The notes beneath the pieces are model-generated. The model was not told the DNA's origin. It did not search any database and saw only the letters and a program-made list of their open reading frames with translations. From assembly GCF_000008305.1 (NCBI RefSeq), contig NC_006055.1, positions 450,001-482,000 on the forward strand: a DNA stretch of 32,000 nt, read 5' to 3'. Position numbers and translations under genes: made by a program. Within the stretch, counting starts at the first letter, position 1. Each line of letters begins with the position of its first letter. Origin of the DNA: Mesoplasma florum L1. Its GTDB lineage: Bacteria; Bacillota_I; Bacilli_A; Mycoplasmatales; Mycoplasmataceae. This document shows, in pieces, positions 26,265-32,000 of the stretch.

Positions 26265-26822
26265 TTATTGAGCTCTACCGCTGTATTTTCCATCTGTTGT
26301 AGAAATAATAACTTTTGTTCCTACATTAACAAATAATGGAACCATAATATCTAATCCAGTTTCAACAACAGCTTTTTTTAATGCTCCACTTGTTGTATCA
26401 CCTTTAACTGCAGCTTCAGCTTCAGTAACTTCTAATTCAACTTTATCTGGTAAAGAAATCCCTAAAACTTCTCCATCATATTCAGTCATTTTAATCATTA
26501 ATCCATCTGTTAAGAATTTACTTTCTCATTCTAATCTAGTCATTGGTATTTGAATTTGTTCATAAGTATCTGTATCCATTAAGTATGCATCTGTACCATC
26601 ATTGTATAAATATTGCATATCTTTTCTTTCAATCATTGCTTTTTCAACTTTTTCTCCACCAGTGAAAGTTATTTCAACTCTTGATCCAGTTCTTAAGTTT
26701 TTAGCTTTTACACTAACTTTTCCTTGTTGTCTTCCTGTTTTTGAGAAAGACTGTTCAATAACAACAAATAAATTACCTTCGTATATAAATGTTGTTCCAG
26801 GACGTAAATCATTTACTGACAT
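26265..26822 (-). CDS. efp: elongation factor P
   Basis: MSVNDLRPGTTFIYEGNLFVVIEQSFSKTGRQQGKVSVKAKNLRTGSRVEITF...DGEVLGISLPDKVELEVTEAEAAVKGDT...VVETGLDIMVPLFVNVGTKVIISTTDGKYSGRAQ; two track ORFs joined via TGA(Trp). Confidence 0.95.
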
Positions 26823-26868
26823 TTGTTTTCCTTCTTTCTTTTTAAGATTTTGATTTTAATCATAGTAA

Positions 26869-26897
26869 ATTATAGCATTTAACCTAAAAGTTTGAAA
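26869..26897 (-). promoter_or_regulatory. probable promoter of the efp operon
   Basis: Minus TTTCAA - 17 nt - TATAAT with extended TGC immediately 5' of the -10; partly inside the 3' end of the preceding gene. Confidence 0.55.
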
Positions 26898-27402
26898 GTT
26901 TTTCATTTAGTTTTGTTTTTGATAAAGCTAAAAACATTACTTCAAAAACTATAATTGAAATAATTCATTGAATGCTATCAACAATAGCTTCTTTTACAGC
27001 TAGACCATTTCTTGTTGAAATTTGTAGTGTATTTCAAACAACATAATATAAAAATGGTATATATAAAAATACTAAGCTAGCCGCTAAAATTACTGCAATA
27101 TGTTTAGTAAATATTTTTGAACCAAACTTCATAATTAAAAACATTAAAATATTTATTGCAATAGTTATACCCATTGTAATAACAGAATTTAAAGCTAAAT
27201 CCATTATTGCTCCATACACAATCCCAGAAACTAACATTCCATATCCTGGTACTAAATAACAGAATGTTAAATAAACTCCTGTTGTAAATTGAATAGCAAC
27301 ACCATCAGCAGTAAATAGCATAGTTACTAATGACAGAGTTACAAGCAACGCGGTTAGCATTCCAATTAAACATATATATTTAATTGATCATCTTTTACTC
27401 AA
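26884..27402 (-). CDS. integral membrane protein, probable ECF transporter S component
   Basis: MSKRWSIKYICLIGMLTALLVTLSLVTMLFTADGVAIQFTTGVYLTFCYLVPGYGMLVSGIVYGAIMDLALNS...; several TM helices with an S-component-like pattern. TTG start at 27402 (alternative GTG at 27411). Confidence 0.6.
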
Positions 27403-28336
27403 AACAATCACCAACTTTTAAATCAGAAAGATTGTTCAGTTTGTATGAACTTGCTTCCATCATTTTTTTACCTGGTTTTTGAATAAGTAAAATTTGAACT
27501 TGACCATCTTTTGTTTGAATGTCTATTCCATTTTCACTAATATTAACTATTGTTCCTGGTTTTGCTTCTACATTATTATTTAAAATTTGTACTTTTTGAA
27601 TTTTGTATCTTTCTTCACCTTTAAATGTATGAGCTATTGGTCATGGTGATAAACTTCTGATATGATTTCAAACATTAACTGATAAATCATTTCAGTTAAT
27701 TTTTTCTTCTTCTGTTGAAATATTTTTTGAAAAAGTTACTTCATCTTCATTTTGAGCAATTGGCGGTAATTCATTATTATAAATTTTTAATAAATTTTCT
27801 TTAATCATTTTTTGACCTAGTTTAGCTAATTTTTCAAACATGATTCCTGTATCATCAGTTTCTTCAATATCAATTGATTCTTGAATATAATAATCACCTG
27901 CATCCATCTTTTTAACCATTTTCATAATTGATATACCAGTTTTAGAATCACCATTTTTAATAGCATACTGAATAGGTGCACCACCACGATATTTTGGTAA
28001 CAAACTTCCATGAACATTAATTGAATCAATTTTTGGCAGATCCAATATTTTTGTTGGTACAAATTGACCATAAGCACATGTAACAATAAAATCACTTTCG
28101 ATTTGAGCAATTTCTTCATAAGCTTCAGAAATTTTAACTGGCTGAATTATTTTTAAATTATTTTTTAAAGCAATTTCTTTAACAGGAGTTGGTTTCAATT
28201 CTTTTTTTCTGCCAACAGGTCTGTCAGGTTGAGAAATAACTAATACTACTTCAACATTTTCCATTTCAGTTAATGTTGTTAAAATGTCAGCCCCAATTTG
28301 TGGAGTGCCACAAAATATAACTTTAATTTTTTCCAT
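27395..28336 (-). CDS. fmt: methionyl-tRNA formyltransferase
   Basis: MEKIKVIFCGTPQIGADILTTL...VVLVISQPDRPVGRKKELKPTPVKEIAL...VNVHGSLLPKYRGGAPIQYAI-type segment; continues via TGA(Trp) to TAA at 27395. Confidence 0.96.
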
Positions 28337-30452
28337 TATGTGCCTCCACTAATTCTTTCACTTTTTTAAGAATAACTACCATTGCAAGAGTATCTCTATC
28401 ACAATATTTAAGCATTCCTTCTTTTACTTTTAAATCTCATGCTGCTTTTGGGATTCTACCATCCACGAATTTTCTAAATGTTTCACTGGCCTTATCACCC
28501 TTGTTAATAACTAAATCATTATATGAAAAACTTGGGTCTAAACTTGGTTGTGTTTTTTTGATTGAATAACTTCCTTTAAAGTAAGGATGATAAATTAAAA
28601 ATGCTGGTCTTCCTGTTACTTTAGTATCACTTGTAAAAAAGTCCATTAAATCAACTGTATTTTGAATTATGTATGCCAATGGTTTTGCATACTTTGGAAA
28701 CATCATTGCCAGTTTTCTCAATACACCTTGTTCAAAACTTTTATTATAAGCTACATAAACACCAGGACCATGTTTAAAAGAATCTTTAATAAAGTTTTCA
28801 ATAAATTTAATTCTTGGATCTGTGTCTTGTTCATTGCTTAAAAAGCTATAGTGTTTCATTGTTTCAGGTTTATTGTAATCATAATTATTATCTACAATTA
28901 CATCAATAGAATATTGAAATGGTGTTTGATAGTATGTGTTAACTAAATTAAATCTTGGAATAGCTCATTTAGAAGTTTCAAAATCATACATATAAATAGG
29001 ATAATTTTCATAAACACTTAATAAATTGTTTATTCATTCAAGATTATCTAAATCAATAACTCTTCATTTTGATTCATCTTCTGGATATTGTTTTTTAAGG
29101 TTATAAACTTCAAACATTCTTTTAGCTATTCTATTTGTTTCAAAAAAAGATTCTCCTTTTTTGTTTAAAACGATACTTGGTTCAAATAAACTCTCATAGT
29201 CTTTAAAGTAAGGAGATTTTGAATTTCTTATAACATGTGATTTAAAAGAACGTTTAAATTTTCCTATATTTCAAAAACCTGGTTCATCTTTATCAAATCA
29301 ATTCATCACATGAAAGCAATTATCATATTCATCATGATTAAAACCATGATCTCAATTCCCAGCACGATCTTTATTGTAATTTAATGTACATTTTTTATTA
29401 TGTAGAAATTCTGGTATTTCACCATTTTCATATTTCATATTTAAATGGTTTGATAGATTCATAAATATTTGATCTAAATCAAACTTTTCTCTAAAAGCTT
29501 TTAAATCATCCTTTAAAGTTGGTCTCTTGGCGTTTTTACCATAAGTCAAATAGTCAAGATAAATTAGTTTATTTAAATCAACTTCAATAGGTTCATTATC
29601 ATATTCAACAGTAAAATCGCTTTTTACAAAATCTTTAATTTCTTCATACTTAATTTTTCCAAGTTTGTTTATAAATTCTTTAGCTTGTTCTCCAAATGTT
29701 TTTTCAGTTATTATTAAGTCAGAATTCATTACATAATCAGAATTTATTTTAGCAATACAAATATCATCTACTATAAAACCACATTTTTCTAAAACAAAAA
29801 CTTGATACATTAAGTCGAAAAAGTGTTCAGCTTTAACTTTTGTTGTTGCTTTAGCTTCTATTATTTCAACATGTTTATTGTCTTTAATTTTTAAAACGTC
29901 ACATCTTGTTCTTATCTTTTCATCATCAAAACTAAAAGCCGCTTCATAAATATATTCACACTTATTTTCTTCAAGTAATTCTTTTGTTTTTTTCTCTGCT
30001 TCAAAAAATTTTAATTCATCAAGATTTGCTGTTGATTTTTTTTCACTTCTTTTATCATTAGCAATGATATTTTTCATGTCAAAATATTCTCTAACTTTCT
30101 CACCAAATGCATTACCATCTTCAATAGTTTCTCCAGCAAATAATTCAGGGTCAAAACCAGTTTCAGAATCTCATGCAGAGTTTCATTTTTTAAGAAACTC
30201 TTCTTTCTCATTTTCATTAAGTGATTCAATGTTTAAATATGCAGAAAATATATCAATTGATTCTGCTGAATCAGAAAATTCATTTTCATCATCAAAATTA
30301 GCATCAGCATCAATCTCAAGTATTCTGTCTTTTTTTCAATTAACAGCACTTGCAAAATTTTCTTTGTTATCTCATATTCATGCTTTTTTAACGCATTCTT
30401 TCATGGATAATTTAAATGTTTCTTTATTAACTTTAGCTTTTAATTTAAACAT
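28323..30452 (-). CDS. DUF2779-type protein with PD-(D/E)XK-like and DEDD exonuclease-like segments (709 aa)
   Basis: One frame through TGA(Trp) joining ORFs 28437 and 29352. N-half: TRCDVLKIKDNKHVEIIEAKATT...DLMYQVFVL. C-half: PIYMYDFETSKW...VAYNKSFEQGVLRKLA...VDLMDFF...LKYCDRDTLAMVVILKKV. Overlaps the fmt start by 14 nt. Confidence 0.75.
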
Positions 30453-30516
30453 GCTTAATCTCCTTATAAAACTTTTTATTATTAATATTTTATCAACTTT
30501 AAATGTGTTATTAAAA

Positions 30517-30552
30517 AATAACTTGCATTTATAAACATAATTGCAAGTTATT
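30517..30552 (-). terminator. Rho-independent terminator downstream of the 30560-31177 gene
   Basis: Perfect 11-bp inverted repeat AATAACTTGCA...TGCAAGTTATT followed on the minus strand by TTTTTAAT. Confidence 0.75.
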
Positions 30553-30559
30553 GATAATA

Positions 30560-31177
30560 TTAGTTTTTTTCTCTACTTCTAACAGGAACAAATTTTTCTT
30601 TATTTTCAGTTGTTCTTTGGATAACTGGATTTTTTTTGTTTTCTTTAGCTTCAGCTCTGATTTTTTTAATTTCAGCTTTTTCAATTTGAGCTAATTCTTT
30701 TTCTTTTATACGATCAGATTTTTTAATTGCTTTTCTTTCTTCTTTAGTCAATTTAATTTCTTTTTGACCAATTGCAATTCTTTGTTCTGTTTCGTTTAAA
30801 TCTAAAATTGTATTAACAACTCATTTTGTTGCATAGTTTTTTTTATCAATTTTAGTTGTTATACCTTCAACTTCATAAGCTCTTCTTTCGATTGACTTTT
30901 GAGTTTTAGGTTCAATTAATTCAACAACAACATCAAATACGTCACGATATTTATATTCAGGGCCTTTTCTTGAATAAACCTTTTCAAATTCAACTCTAAT
31001 GTTTTTTCTGTTATCTGATTTAGCTAAAAATGCTTTAATTTCATTTCTAACTGCTTTATACCTTTGTTCTTTTTCTTTTTTAGCAGCTTTTTTACCAGTA
31101 ATTGTTGTAATAATTACAAAACCTACAACAACAACAAGCATAACTAAAAGAATTATTAATCCTGCACTATTACCCAT
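30560..31177 (-). CDS. hypothetical protein with one N-terminal TM helix and a charged C-terminal tail
   Basis: MGNSAGLIILLVMLVVVVGFVIITTITGKKAAKKEKEQRYK...NYATKW(TGA)VVNTILDLNETEQRIAIGQKEIKLTKEERKAIKKSDRIKEKELAQIEKAEIKKIRAEAKENKKN...; two same-frame track ORFs merged. 205 aa. Confidence 0.8.
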
Positions 31178-31234
31178 AAAAATATCATTCCTTCTTTTTA
31201 ATTTCTTTATTATTATAAATTATTTTTTCTAAAA

Positions 31235-32000
31235 TTATTCTACTATATCAATAATTCCTCCACCGAGACAAATATCGTTTAAATAGAAAACAGCTTCTTG
31301 TCCTGGAGTTACTGCTTTTACAATAGCATCGTATGATACTTTATATTCATTATCTTTAATTTTATTTAATCTAACCTTTACATCTGGTTGTCTATATCTA
31401 AATTTTGCAGTACATTCAAATTCTTCAACATTATCTATATATTGTTTTAAATCTAATGATCAATTAATTTCTGTAACAATAGCATTGTTTGATAATAAAT
31501 AACTTTCATCACTAGCTGGACATACATAAATTATTTTTTTGTCTATGTCTTTTGCTGCAACATAATATGGTTCTTTCATACCACCCAAGTTTAATCCTTT
31601 TCTTTGACCGATTGTATAATACATTGCTCCAATATGTTTACCAAGAACTTCATTAGTTTTGATATCTACAATATCACCTGGTTGATTTGAAATATAATTT
31701 TGTAAAAATTTAGTAAATTCTCTTTCACCAATAAAACAAATTCCTGTTGAATCTTTTTTATCTGCGGTAATTAAACCTTGTTCAGCAGCAATTTTTCTAA
31801 TCTCAGGTTTTTCTAGACTTTGTAATGGGAATAAAGTTTTTGAAAGTTGATTTTGAGTTAATTGACATAAAAAATATGTTTGATCTTTATTTGTATCAAC
31901 CGCTCTTATCATTTCATATTGCTTTGTTTTTTCATTAAATCTAACACCTGCATAATGACCCATTGCAATGTAATCTGCTTTTAATTCATTTATTGCATGA
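31235..32000 (-). CDS. mnmA: tRNA-specific 2-thiouridylase MnmA, partial (N-terminus off the right edge)
   Basis: ...[90 protein letters not shown]...[14 protein letters not shown]...; ends [25 protein letters not shown]. Confidence 0.95.

Overview
This is a 32 kb window of an AT-rich mollicute chromosome. UGA is read as Trp, and gene content and order look like the Mesoplasma/Entomoplasma/Spiroplasma group. Every supported gene lies on the minus strand, so transcription runs from high to low coordinates. Listed high to low: partial mnmA, a TM-anchored hypothetical, a DUF2779-type protein with two apparent nuclease modules, fmt, a probable ECF S-component, efp, an Asp23/YqhY-like gene, tig, lon with an upstream CIRCE element, rarA, a DJ-1/PfpI protein, and a complete 16S-23S-5S rRNA operon. 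These are followed by a six-gene unit (1408-aa FtsX-type permease, hypothetical, pheS, pheT, a DUF177/YceD-like gene, rpmF), then the minimal division cluster mraZ-rsmH-ftsA-ftsZ-sepF, an alpha/beta hydrolase, and an ileS T-box with the start of ileS. Many ORFs in the supplied track are fragments of single genes split at in-frame TGA, and I merged them by frame. The window is mostly housekeeping and I see no CRISPR, prophage, transposon or obvious defence island. The best leads are: the dual-nuclease DUF2779 protein; a PheT whose editing-site motifs look degenerate; an EF-P with TGRQ at the loop tip; a three-copy 10-bp MraZ-box array touching the mraZ start; an imperfect CIRCE upstream of lon; and nested processing stems in the rRNA operon that could adopt competing pairings.
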